Source of the DNA: Endomicrobiales bacterium
GTDB lineage: Bacteria > Elusimicrobiota > Endomicrobiia > Endomicrobiales > CAWCFT01
DNA: 64,000 nucleotides
NCBI GenBank assembly: GCA_963794945.1
Contig: CAWCFT010000002.1
Span: forward strand, 64,001-128,000
Direction of reading: 5' to 3'
A program made the position numbers and the translations under genes. Position 1 is the first letter of the stretch; each line of letters starts with the position of its first letter. Below, in pieces: positions 30,063-39,918 of the stretch. The notes under the pieces are model-generated. The model made no database searches, was not told where the DNA came from, and saw only the letters and a program-made list of their open reading frames with translations.

Positions 30063-30700
30063 AGATCGGTTCGGCTTCCTGGATAAAGAGAGGCTCTTAC
30101 CACGATAACTCGCTTGCTCTTGAAGGCCGCGTTGATTTTGTCGAGCTGCTGGTTTATACGTGGGACCGCGATCTCAAGGAATTGCTGACAAAAGAGCTCC
30201 CGAGCCTTAAAGAACTTTCTCTTTTCTACACGGTGCATCTTCCGCTGGACACGTTGGGAAACTGCAGGGATGCTTATTCTTTCTTCAAAGACGCCCGGTT
30301 CCCGGTTAAAAGTTTTACACTTCATCCGCACAAAGGCTGGGAGAAATTCATCTCGGGCAAGCCCGATGTAATACTTGAGAACCTTATAGACATCTGCGAG
30401 CCGTACGAAAGGATGTGCCTCGATATAGGCCACCTAATGCTCTCGAAAAAAGAGGATTTCCTGTTAAGGAACAAGTCATTAAAGACCATCAAGGAGTTCC
30501 ATCTGCACGGCGTAGTAAGGCAAAAAGACCATTGTGTCCTGAACCCATCAACTTTGAAATATTTAAGCGAGCTCAAGAGCCGCTACCCGCTGGTCAAAAC
30601 AGCTCTTGGCAGCAGGGAAACGCTAATGAACTTTGAAATATTCGACTTAAAAAGATTGTTGATATCATTGAGACGTTTACAAAACGGAAAGGTTCAGTAA
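30059..30700 (+). CDS. cbiR: CbiR-like cobamide-remodelling phosphodiesterase (AP endonuclease 2 fold)
   Basis: IGSASW, VELL, YTVHLPLD, LENL, CLDIGHL, HLHG..DH, FEIF; lies between cobU and cobT. Confidence 0.7.
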   Translation: MKIGSASWIKRGSYHDNSLALEGRVDFVELLVYTWDRDLKELLTKELPSLKELSLFYTVHLPLDTLGNCRDAYSFFKDARFPVKSFTLHPHKGWEKFISGKPDVILENLIDICEPYERMCLDIGHLMLSKKEDFLLRNKSLKTIKEFHLHGVVRQKDHCVLNPSTLKYLSELKSRYPLVKTALGSRETLMNFEIFDLKRLLISLRRLQNGKVQ

Positions 30701-30865
30701 GGCTGGGAAGTTCATCTTCCCAAGCCGAACGCGGAAGGAAAACTACGTTTTCCTCCGGGAGCGTTCCGGCGAGCTGTTCCTTCAATTCGAGCCGGAACAA
30801 CCCCGAGCGAATGCGAGGGTAAGTTTCGCTATAGCGAAACGCGACATAAGGGAGGTTAAAAGCAC

Positions 30866-31921
30866 ATGCAATTTCCAGAAGTTAAACCTGCAGGCAAGGC
30901 TCTAGAAGCAAGTATCAGTAAGAAGATCGATTTCCTCACAAAACCCGTGGGCAGCCTGGGTATGCTCGAGAGAATAGCGAAACAGCTTTCTCTGGTTCAG
31001 AACACGCTTAAACCCGCGATAACCAAGAAACGCGTCTACGTTTTCGCCTCTGACCACGGCGTGGCCTTGGAAGGCGTCTCGGCCTATCCTCAGGAAGTGA
31101 CCGGCCAGATGGTGCTTAACTTCCTTGGCGGTGGAGCGGCGGTGAACGTTTTTTCGCGCCATACCGGAACCGAAGTATTTGTTGTAGACGCCGGAGTTAA
31201 GTCGGACATAAACGCGACGCACAAGAACCTCATTGTCAAGAAAGTCGGCCGCTCAACAAAGAATTTTTTAAAAGAGCCCGCCATGACCAGAAGCGAAGCA
31301 GAAGCCTGCATAAAGCACGGTTTTGAGCTGGCCGAGGACGCCCTGCGCGATAAGGTTGACATCCTTGTGCTCGGCGACATGGGCATAGGCAACACAACCG
31401 TCACCGCCGCTATTGCCGCCGCGGCCGGGATCGAATTGGACAAGGTGATAGATATCGGCACCGTTATAGACGACAAAACGCTTAACCACAAAAGAGACAC
31501 GGTAATGAAGGCTCTCAAACTTCACAAACCGGATCCCAAAGACGCCATAGACATTCTTTCAAAAGTCGGCGGTTTTTGCATCGCCGAGATGACCGGACTT
31601 ATAGTAAAAGCCGCCTCCCTGCGGATACCGGTCGTGCTCGACGGCTTCCCCGTGACATCAGCCGGCCTGCTCGCCTGCCTCATCAACCCGAACGTAAAAG
31701 ATTACCTGTTCGCCGGCCACCTGTCTTTTGTCAAAGGCCATGGCGAACTGCTTAAACACCTGAAACTCGAGCCCATCCTGAAACTTGAGATGCGCCTCGG
31801 CGAAGGAACGGGCGGAGTGCTCTCTCTTTCCATGATAGAGGCTGCCATAAAGATGATGAACGAGATGGCAACATTTGACACGGCCGGCGTTTCAACCGGT
31901 GAAGAGGTAAAACCTGCTTGA
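30866..31921 (+). CDS. cobT: Nicotinate-nucleotide-dimethylbenzimidazole phosphoribosyltransferase
   Basis: LTKPVGSLGMLE, SDHGV..EGVSAYPQEVT, GDMGIGNTT, LEMRLGEGTG. Confidence 0.95.
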   Translation: MQFPEVKPAGKALEASISKKIDFLTKPVGSLGMLERIAKQLSLVQNTLKPAITKKRVYVFASDHGVALEGVSAYPQEVTGQMVLNFLGGGAAVNVFSRHTGTEVFVVDAGVKSDINATHKNLIVKKVGRSTKNFLKEPAMTRSEAEACIKHGFELAEDALRDKVDILVLGDMGIGNTTVTAAIAAAAGIELDKVIDIGTVIDDKTLNHKRDTVMKALKLHKPDPKDAIDILSKVGGFCIAEMTGLIVKAASLRIPVVLDGFPVTSAGLLACLINPNVKDYLFAGHLSFVKGHGELLKHLKLEPILKLEMRLGEGTGGVLSLSMIEAAIKMMNEMATFDTAGVSTGEEVKPA

Positions 31922-32640
31922 TCAAAGACATTGTGGCTTCACTGACACTTATTACAAAGCTCCCGCTCGGGTTCCTGCACGGCAAGTGCGGAGACTTCGA
32001 GCGGGCGGTAATGCACTTTCCGCTGGCCGGATATTTGTCTTTCGCCGTCTGGTTCGTTGTGTATAAGCTTTCGTATAACGTTTTCAGCGACAGCTTCATA
32101 CCTGTTTGCCTGGCCATGGTTGCCGTCTATTATTTTTTCAACATATTCCATTTTGACGGGTTCCTCGACAGCGTTGACGGGCTTCTGTCCCAGAAACCTA
32201 AGGAAGAGGTCTTAAGGATAATGAAGCTGGGCAACATCGGCCCGACGGCCCTTTTCGCGGGCGCGATATACCTGATCCTGAAAGTATATTTGGCCGTAAA
32301 ACTAAATATCTACGTTCTTTTGCCCGTCTTTGTGATATCACGGTGGGGCATGTCTTTTGCGGCTTGTATTTCCAGGCCCGCGAACGAGACCGGGCTCGGC
32401 AGCACCATCACTTACGGCAAACCCCTGTACCTGGCCATGGCAACGGTTTACCTCGTTTTCTTTATTTTCGTTCACAAGGTTCAGATCATAGGCGCCATGA
32501 TAGCTGGGGTGATAGTGCTTGACCTCATACTCGTAAAAGCCATCGAACGCAGGATCGGCGGTCTTACAGGTGACAATTTTGGGCTTATTAACGAGTTAAA
32601 TGAGCTGCTGCTGATGCTTACGGCTTTCGCACTGAGCTAG
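31918..32640 (+). CDS. cobS: Adenosylcobinamide-GDP ribazoletransferase
   Basis: HFDGFLDSVDG, LRIMK, IGGLTGD; membrane protein. Confidence 0.92.
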   Translation: MIKDIVASLTLITKLPLGFLHGKCGDFERAVMHFPLAGYLSFAVWFVVYKLSYNVFSDSFIPVCLAMVAVYYFFNIFHFDGFLDSVDGLLSQKPKEEVLRIMKLGNIGPTALFAGAIYLILKVYLAVKLNIYVLLPVFVISRWGMSFAACISRPANETGLGSTITYGKPLYLAMATVYLVFFIFVHKVQIIGAMIAGVIVLDLILVKAIERRIGGLTGDNFGLINELNELLLMLTAFALS

Positions 32641-32650
32641 AGAGGGAAAA

Positions 32651-33166
32651 ATGATCATAGTAAACACTGGTAACGGAAAGGGAAAAACTACTGCCGCGAT
32701 CGGCCAGATCATCAGGTCGCTTGGCAGGGGATGGAAGGTTTGCCTAATCCAGCTATTCAAAGGCAAAGAGTTCTATGGCGAGCAGAAGGTATTGAAAAAA
32801 CTAAAGAACCTGAAATTCTACTCTTTCGCGCCAAAACACCCGGGGTGTTTTAGCGGCATTTCACAGGCATCCCTAAAGTCGGAGTGCGGAAAGGCCCTAA
32901 AGAAGTTCAAAGAATCTATCGCACCGGAAAAAGGTTATGATCTGATCGTTCTTGACGAGTTCAACATAGCCGTCAGGGACGGCATAATGGATGTTAAAGC
33001 GCTTCTTGACATATTAAAAGATATTGATTCAAAAACCAACGTGTTGATAACAGGAAGAAGCGCTCACAAGAGCCTGCTTAAAGTCGCGGACCTTATCACT
33101 GAAATGAAGGAAGTCAGGCACCCTTTCAATAAGGGTATTTTGGCAAAAAAGGGCCTTGAATTTTGA
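32651..33166 (+). CDS. cobO: Cob(I)alamin adenosyltransferase (CobO/BtuR type)
   Basis: TGNGKGKTTAA, LIVLDE, LITGR, ADLITEMKEVRHPF. Confidence 0.93.
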   Translation: MIIVNTGNGKGKTTAAIGQIIRSLGRGWKVCLIQLFKGKEFYGEQKVLKKLKNLKFYSFAPKHPGCFSGISQASLKSECGKALKKFKESIAPEKGYDLIVLDEFNIAVRDGIMDVKALLDILKDIDSKTNVLITGRSAHKSLLKVADLITEMKEVRHPFNKGILAKKGLEF

Positions 33167-34014
33167 AGATATCGGCATTCACCGCAGGCATATTATTGTT
33201 GTTTTCCGTGATTTCAGCGCCTGAGGTTCAGGCAGATGGGCCAAGGCGTATCATTTCGCTTATTCCTTTGGTCACAAGAAGCCTCTATTTGCTGGGTTTA
33301 AAGGATGAGATAGTTGCCGTAACTATCTATTGCCCTGCTGAAGCCAGGGACAAGATAAAGATAGGCAGCATCCTTGAGCCGAACATTGAAAAGATAGTAT
33401 CCCTCAAACCCGATATAGTGATAGCCTCAAAAGAGGGCAACAGGCAGGTTACTGTTGATAAACTTAGATCCCTCGGCATTAGCGTATATGTAACAGGTGA
33501 CGTGAACAGCTTTGAGGATATCTATAGTGATTTTATAAAACTTGCGGAGTTCCTAAGGCGTGGTGACAAGGCGCGCGGCATTGTAGATGACTCCAAAAGA
33601 AGGATATCTGCGCTCAGGAACAAACTTAAAGATGTCAAACCGGTGAAAATATTTTATGAAGTAGGGGCTCAACCGCTGTTCACTGCCGGAAAGAAAAGTT
33701 TCGCGAACGATATAATAGAATCAGCCGGAGCAGTAAATATATTTTCGGATGTCGGTTCGCGTTTCCCGCAGGTAAGCCGCGAAGAAGTCATCAGGCGCGA
33801 CCCCGAAGCTATTATCCTTGTGGCCATGGGCAACGTCAACTTAAAAGAAAAGGCCGCCTGGAACAATTTTAAGGCCATTCAAGCCGTAAAGAACAACAGG
33901 GTCTATTTTACTGACGACAATTCGTTTACCGACCCGACACCCAAGTCCACAGTAGACGCTTCAGAGAAGCTGGCCGAAATACTTTTTCCTGACGAAACCA
34001 AATTAACTCCATGA
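33163..34014 (+). CDS. btuF: Cobalamin ABC transporter substrate-binding protein
   Basis: PRRIISLIP, PNIEKIVSLKPD, VSREEVIRRDPEAI. Confidence 0.85.
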   Translation: MKISAFTAGILLLFSVISAPEVQADGPRRIISLIPLVTRSLYLLGLKDEIVAVTIYCPAEARDKIKIGSILEPNIEKIVSLKPDIVIASKEGNRQVTVDKLRSLGISVYVTGDVNSFEDIYSDFIKLAEFLRRGDKARGIVDDSKRRISALRNKLKDVKPVKIFYEVGAQPLFTAGKKSFANDIIESAGAVNIFSDVGSRFPQVSREEVIRRDPEAIILVAMGNVNLKEKAAWNNFKAIQAVKNNRVYFTDDNSFTDPTPKSTVDASEKLAEILFPDETKLTP

Positions 34015-35010
34015 AAAATAAATACGCGGTTTTATTGATCCTGTTTGTGATACTGATCCTCACATCGCTGTTCTCGCTTTCGGTGGGCGGAAGCAATATA
34101 CAACTTTCAGAAATTGTCCGAACATTATTCTCAAAAGGCTCTTCGGACACGATGTCTATGATAATCTGGAATATACGCCTGCCGCGTGTGGTACTGGGAG
34201 TTTTCACAGGCATGGGCCTTGCGGCTGTGGGATGTGTTTTCCAGGGGCTCTTAAGGAATCCGCTTGCCGACCCCTACACGCTCGGAATTTCCGGCGGCGC
34301 TGGCGTTTGGAGCCACGCTTGCCACTGTAACGGGCATCGCCGGTGTATCGGTATTCTCGCTCCCTCTTTGCGCGTTCCTCGGGTCGCTTGCTTGCTTTTA
34401 TGCCGTGTACTTCATTGCTTCACGGAAGAATTTCTCGGTTACTTCGCTTATACTCACCGGCATAATATTCGGCTTCATATTCTCATCTGCAGTTTTGCTA
34501 ATACTGGCGCTGGCGAGCCCCGATAAGGTCCAGTCGTCGCTCATCTGGCTCACGGGTGACCTCTCCTCTCCGGATGTCCACCTTATTTTCATCGTATCAG
34601 CTATCGTGCTTTGCGGCATAACGGTACTGTTTGTATTCTCCAGGGAACTTAACATTCTGGTTCTTGGCGAGGAAAAAGCGTTCACTCTCGGCGTCAATAC
34701 CGAAACCACCAAAAAGATAGTATTCATAACCGCCTCACTTATTACCGGAGCCTGCGTGTCGGCTTGCGGCATAATTGGTTTTGTCGGGCTCGTTATACCT
34801 CACCTGATGAGAAAGCTCACCGGGCCCGACCACAGGTTCCTGCTGCCGGCGTCGGCGCTGGCGGGAGGGATATTCCTGCCTTTGTGCGACTCGTTCGCGA
34901 GGTCTATAATAGCGCCAATGGAGCTGCCGGTCGGCGTCATAACCGGGCTTGCCGGAGGGGTATTCTTTCTATTCTTCCTGTTAAAGCCCGGCGATAACAG
35001 GACTTTTTAA
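34011..35010 (+). CDS. btuC: Cobalamin ABC transporter permease (frameshift near 34300)
   Basis: IRLPRV, FQGLLRNPLADPYTLGISGGA; GEEKAFTLGV, IGFVGLVIPH, ELPVGVIT. Confidence 0.88.
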
Positions 35011-35012
35011 CT

Positions 35013-35816
35013 ATGCTCGAACTTCGTTCAGTGTCTTCAGGATATTCTTCACAACCCGTCATCTCTGACATATCGTTCAAGGTGGAGAGCGGCTCGTTCT
35101 GGGGAATAATAGGGCCCAACGGCGCCGGCAAGACCACGCTTTTCCGCACCGTCAGCCGCATAATCAGCCCGCTTTCGGGGCAGATATTCTATGACGGCGA
35201 GAATGTCGCCCATATCCAGAGGCAAGAGCTCGCGAAGAACGTCACCACCATGCTGCAGTTGTACGATATACCGTTCTCGTACACCGTAGAAGAGTTCGTC
35301 ATGATGGGCAGGTTCCCCCACCAGAAACGTTTCGAAAAACCTTCAGCGACCGATCTCGAAATAATCGAACAAAACCTCAAGTTCACGGACATACTGCACC
35401 TAAAAGACCGCAGACTGCAGGAATTGTCCGGCGGCGAGAGGCAAAGGGCGGTGCTGGCGCAGGCGCTCGCGCAAAAGCCAAAGCTCCTGCTGATGGACGA
35501 ACCGACGGCGTACCTTGATATCGGCCACCAGATAGCCATGCTCGACCTTGTAAAGAAACTTAACAGGACGGAAGGCCTCACCGTAGTCATGATACTTCAC
35601 GACTTGAACCTCGCCAGCGAATACTGCGAGAACCTCGTGCTCATGGACAAAGGAAAGATACATAAAATAGGCGCGCCTAAAGAAGTCCTTACGTATGAGA
35701 ACATTGAGCAGGTCTACAAGACCGTTGTAGTCGTAAAAGAGAACCCATTCTCCCATAAGCCTTACGTAATAGCGGTTTCGGAAGACTACCTGCATGACAG
35801 GATAAATATTTCATGA
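35013..35816 (+). CDS. btuD: Cobalamin ABC transporter ATPase
   Basis: [30 protein letters not shown]. Confidence 0.88.
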   Translation: MLELRSVSSGYSSQPVISDISFKVESGSFWGIIGPNGAGKTTLFRTVSRIISPLSGQIFYDGENVAHIQRQELAKNVTTMLQLYDIPFSYTVEEFVMMGRFPHQKRFEKPSATDLEIIEQNLKFTDILHLKDRRLQELSGGERQRAVLAQALAQKPKLLLMDEPTAYLDIGHQIAMLDLVKKLNRTEGLTVVMILHDLNLASEYCENLVLMDKGKIHKIGAPKEVLTYENIEQVYKTVVVVKENPFSHKPYVIAVSEDYLHDRINIS

Positions 35817-37333
35817 GCATAGCCAAAACAATAATGATACAGGGGACAGGCTCAGGGGTCGGTAAAAGCGTTTTAACCTCAGCCCTGTGCCGGATATTCG
35901 TACAGGACGGTTATAAAGTAGCTCCATATAAAGCGCAGAACATGGCGCTCAACTCTTTCGTGACGGCTTCCGGCGGCGAGATTCGGCCGCGCTCAGGCCG
36001 TTCAGGCCCAGGCTTCTAGGATCATCCCTACAGTTGATATGAACCCGGTACTTATTAAACCGTCTTCTGATATGATGGCCCAGATAATCGTGCTTGGAAA
36101 ACCCATAGGTAACAGGTCAGCCATGGGTTATATGAACAATACCGGAAAACTTTTCGGAACTGTAAAGACCTCTCTTGATAAGCTGCGGCATGAATACGAC
36201 GTTGTTGTCATGGAAGGCGCTGGGAGCCCTGCTGAGGTAAACTTAAGGAAAAACGACATAGTTAATATGCGGATAGCTTTGGCGTCCCATACACCTGTGA
36301 TACTCGTGGGCGACATAGACAAAGGGGGCGTACTAGCTTCCATCGTAGGCACACTTTCCTTGCTCAATAAGCACGAGCGAAAACTCGTCAAGGGAGTGAT
36401 AATTAATAAATTCCGCGGCGACCTGAGATTGTTCGAAGACGGTGTGCATTTCATCGAGGAACGTACCGGCATAAAGGTGCTTGGTGTTATCCCGTATTAC
36501 AGGAACATAGATATCCCTGAAGAAGACGCCATCCCCTGGGAGAAAAGGGCCGCGGCCTCTAAAAACATACGTCCTATAAATATCTCCGTCATCAGCCTTC
36601 CACACTTATCTAATTTTACCGATTTCGACGCGCTTGAGCGCGAGCCGGATGTGAAGCTGTCATACGTAAGAAAACCGGATGAACTGGGTAACGCGGACGC
36701 TGTCATACTGCCGGGCACAAAGAACACAATTTCAGATGCGGCGTGGCTCAAGAGTTCGGGAATGTCAGACAGGATACTTTTATACGCCTCCAAAAACAAA
36801 GGAACTGTCGTCGGGATTTGCGGCGGTACCAGATGCTGGGAGAAAATATTTATGACCCCGGGCATATTGAATCAAAGAAGGGCGCGGCACCGGGGCTTTC
36901 ACTGCTTCCCGTAAACACCGAACTGAAAGCGCAGAAACAATTGAGGCAGGTTTCGGGCCATGATATATCCAGCGGTGCAGCGGTTAAGGGTTACGAGATA
37001 CACCACGGTCATACCGCCGTTGGAAAAGCATGCAAACCGGCTTTTAAAATAGACGGCACTAATACTATGGATGGAGCTGTCAGCCGTGACGGGCGGGTTT
37101 GGGGAACATACGTGCACGGCATATTCGACAGCTCTTCTTTTCGAAGGAATTTCCTTAACGGATTGCGCAAAAGAAAAGGGCTTAAACCTCTCCCCGCGTC
37201 TAAGTATAACAACGATACCGAGTTCGACAAGCTCGCTGACTTAGTAAGGAACAATATAGATATAAAAGCAGTTTACAAGATACTAAACGGCACAAAAACT
37301 ACCGGTAAATCCCGGGAACCGCAATTGGTATGA
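35813..37333 (+). CDS. cobQ: Cobyric acid synthase (two frameshifts)
   Basis: [48 protein letters not shown](Y), [14 protein letters not shown]. Confidence 0.92.
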
Positions 37334-37459
37334 GAACCGAGACGAAAAAGGTCAAAACTTTTGCTACCAAAAAGTCGAGGGCATACTTTTTAGTATGTTC
37401 TCAACCTTTTTGGACGCAAAAGTGAAGACATTTTTTTGTCGAATTCCATAACAATCGCG

Positions 37460-37608
37460 GCTTCCCGGGATATAGGAAACCCGTTAGAATCGGGTGCAGC
37501 CCCGCTACTGTAAAGCGCCTCTAATCGCCGTAAACCACTGCCCGCCTGAGGCGGATGGGAAGGTTTACAGCAGCTCAAAGCGCTTAAGCCAGGAGACTGA
37601 CCGGTAAG
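37460..37608 (+). ncRNA. Cobalamin riboswitch
   Basis: AGGAAACCCGTTAGAATCGGGTGCAGCCCCGCTACTGTAA...CCACTG...GGGAAGG...AAGCCAGGAGAC; directly upstream of btuB. Confidence 0.9.
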
Positions 37609-37737
37609 AACATCTCGAGGGAGGCACGCATGATAGTGAACGGCATGTAGTGATCATATCTGCGCACGGCAAAATATGTTCGATTTATTTTACAAAGGCA
37701 ATACCTTGCGGAAGCAGCATTAAATCAAGGAGAAATA

Positions 37738-39651
37738 ATGAAACAATATATTTGCATTCTAACCTCGTTTATATTTATCTGTTTAAATGCCGCTTTAGTT
37801 GCGGCTGACAGCAACAACGACGTTTTTCTTAACCTCACCAAAAGATGCGAGAACATAAAAGACCTTCCGACCGATGTTTCTGTTATAGACTCGCCGCAGA
37901 TAACCCGCAGCGGTTCAAAGACGGTCGGCGAGATACTGGACAACGAGCTTGGCTTCTCAATAGGAGCCTACGGGTCTTTCGGCGCAGAAAATACGGCAAG
38001 CATCCGCGGTTCAACATCCGAGCAGGTCCTCGTGCTTATAGACGGCGTCAGCGTGAACGGCATAGCCAGCGGCGAGGCCGAGCTCAACGAAATACCGCTC
38101 GATAACGTCGAACGGATAGAGATAATACGCGGCGGCGTGTCCGCGATTTACGGCACAAGCGCTGTAGGCGGCGTGATAAACATCATCACGAAGAAGTATT
38201 CCGCTTCCGCGCCCATACTGGATTTCAAGGCCTCTGCGGGAAGCTACAACACTGATGATTTCTCGATAGGCTTAAACGCCAAAAATGACATAACGTCGGC
38301 TGTGGTAACGGCCTCAAAACAGCTTAGCAACGGTTACCGCGACAATTCCGATTACGACGCGCATAATCTTTCAGCCAGGTTCGGCTTTGACCTCGGCAAT
38401 AAAGGCAAGCTTGACCTCTCAGGTTCCGCATTTACGAATGACCAGGGAGTTCCGGGCCAGGCTGTAGACTCAAAAGGCAATTATCTGAACACCGGCGAGT
38501 ATAATGGATCCCTTGAACTCAAAGGCCTGACGCCTAACGGAAGGCAGACAGACGCCTCTAACCTTGGGCGGCTCGAATACAGCAACAACGCTGGCCCGGG
38601 GAATATAGTTGCCACGGTGTATTCAACAGTCGACACAGTTAAATATTCCGAACCCATCTCCGCGACTGACGCGCGGTATGATTCCCTTGTGTTCGGCGGC
38701 GAGGTCAAATACCTTTTTGACTCGGGGCTTACCTGTGGAGCCGAATGGTCTGAACAAAAATACAAGCAAACCGACCTCATCGCTGACGCGACGCAAATGG
38801 ACCGTTCAAGGGTCAATTCATCTGCATATGTGTTCTATAAACTGTGTCTAAACAAATTGATAGTCACTCCGAGCGTAAGGTTCGACAACAACTCATCTTT
38901 CGGCAGTGTTTTTACGCCTAATATCTCTGCTGTTTATAAACTAGACGACGCGCTAAAGCTGTCGCTCAACGCGGGGCAGTCATGGAGAGCGCCAACGTTC
39001 AACGAACTATACTGGCCCACCGAGACCAATGTCTATCCCGGATACGGCACCTATGTGACTGCCGGCAACAGCTCCCTTAAACCGGAGAAAGGAACGACGG
39101 CGGATATCGGTGTTGAATACGACAAAGACAAATATGCCGCGTCTTTCACTGTTTTTGACTCCCGCATAAACGACATGATACTGTGGCAAAACACATACAA
39201 CCCGGCGACTAACACCTACTATTATATGACCAACAACATACTTAATACCGAAAAGTTCGGCGTGGAGGCTAAACTTAAGCATAAGATAAACGCTTACTTC
39301 TCCCATGAACTTTCTTATTACTACCTCTGGGCGAAGGACACCGACCTAGACATCCTCCTTGACTACATGCCCAGGAATTCAGCTTCTTATGCCGTAAAAT
39401 ACGTTTCAGTATCGGGTTTCAGGGCAAGCGTGGGTTTTGATTACATAAGCTCGCAGTTGACCGGCGACCTCAATACGGCTGAATTACCAGAATACCTTCT
39501 TTTAAACCTTAAGGCCTCAAAGAAGATAAAGGACACGGAACTCTGGGCAAAAGTGGACAACGCCGCGGACAAAAAGTACCAGACAAGGCTCGGCTATCCA
39601 CTGCCCGGAATAATGTGTTATGCCGGCGTTACGGTTAAGTTTTGGGACTAA
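37738..39651 (+). CDS. btuB: TonB-dependent cobalamin receptor
   Basis: Plug motifs SIRGSTSEQVLVLIDG, IERIEIIRG-like, YGTSAVGGVINIIT; RAPTFNELY, LKPEK; riboswitch upstream. Confidence 0.85.
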   Translation: MKQYICILTSFIFICLNAALVAADSNNDVFLNLTKRCENIKDLPTDVSVIDSPQITRSGSKTVGEILDNELGFSIGAYGSFGAENTASIRGSTSEQVLVLIDGVSVNGIASGEAELNEIPLDNVERIEIIRGGVSAIYGTSAVGGVINIITKKYSASAPILDFKASAGSYNTDDFSIGLNAKNDITSAVVTASKQLSNGYRDNSDYDAHNLSARFGFDLGNKGKLDLSGSAFTNDQGVPGQAVDSKGNYLNTGEYNGSLELKGLTPNGRQTDASNLGRLEYSNNAGPGNIVATVYSTVDTVKYSEPISATDARYDSLVFGGEVKYLFDSGLTCGAEWSEQKYKQTDLIADATQMDRSRVNSSAYVFYKLCLNKLIVTPSVRFDNNSSFGSVFTPNISAVYKLDDALKLSLNAGQSWRAPTFNELYWPTETNVYPGYGTYVTAGNSSLKPEKGTTADIGVEYDKDKYAASFTVFDSRINDMILWQNTYNPATNTYYYMTNNILNTEKFGVEAKLKHKINAYFSHELSYYYLWAKDTDLDILLDYMPRNSASYAVKYVSVSGFRASVGFDYISSQLTGDLNTAELPEYLLLNLKASKKIKDTELWAKVDNAADKKYQTRLGYPLPGIMCYAGVTVKFWD

Positions 39652-39746
39652 CATTTCGATTGAAGTACTTGAACATTGATCGAGGTATTTATTTCGTATT
39701 TCGGTATTAGGATTTCGAATTGCATTTAAATCAGGAGGTGATACAA

Positions 39747-39851
39747 GTGAAGAAGATCAAAGCTGTAAAGAAAAGCGTTATAGCGACGCGCAGGAAATGC
39801 GCGGCGAAAGGCACGGGTTTGTCGCACTACGTGCTGTTGGACAAGAAATAG
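39747..39851 (+). CDS. cbpA: Modified-peptide precursor CbpA (34 aa; absent from the ORF track)
   Basis: CAGGAGGTG RBS, GTG start; MKKIKAVKKSVIATRRKCAAKGTGLSHYVLLDKK with the GTGLSHY motif; immediately upstream of the radical SAM gene. Confidence 0.85.
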   Translation: MKKIKAVKKSVIATRRKCAAKGTGLSHYVLLDKK

Positions 39852-39861
39852 AGATCGAAAG

Positions 39862-39894
39862 CGGGGAAAGCTCTTAGATGGAGAGCTTTCCCCG
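39862..39894 (+). terminator. Strong hairpin between cbpA and cbpB (attenuator or mRNA stabiliser)
   Basis: CGGGGAAAGCTCT / AGAGCTTTCCCCG perfect 13-bp stem; weak T tail. Confidence 0.6.
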
Positions 39895-39918
39895 TATTCT
39901 TACACCCAAGGATCACAA

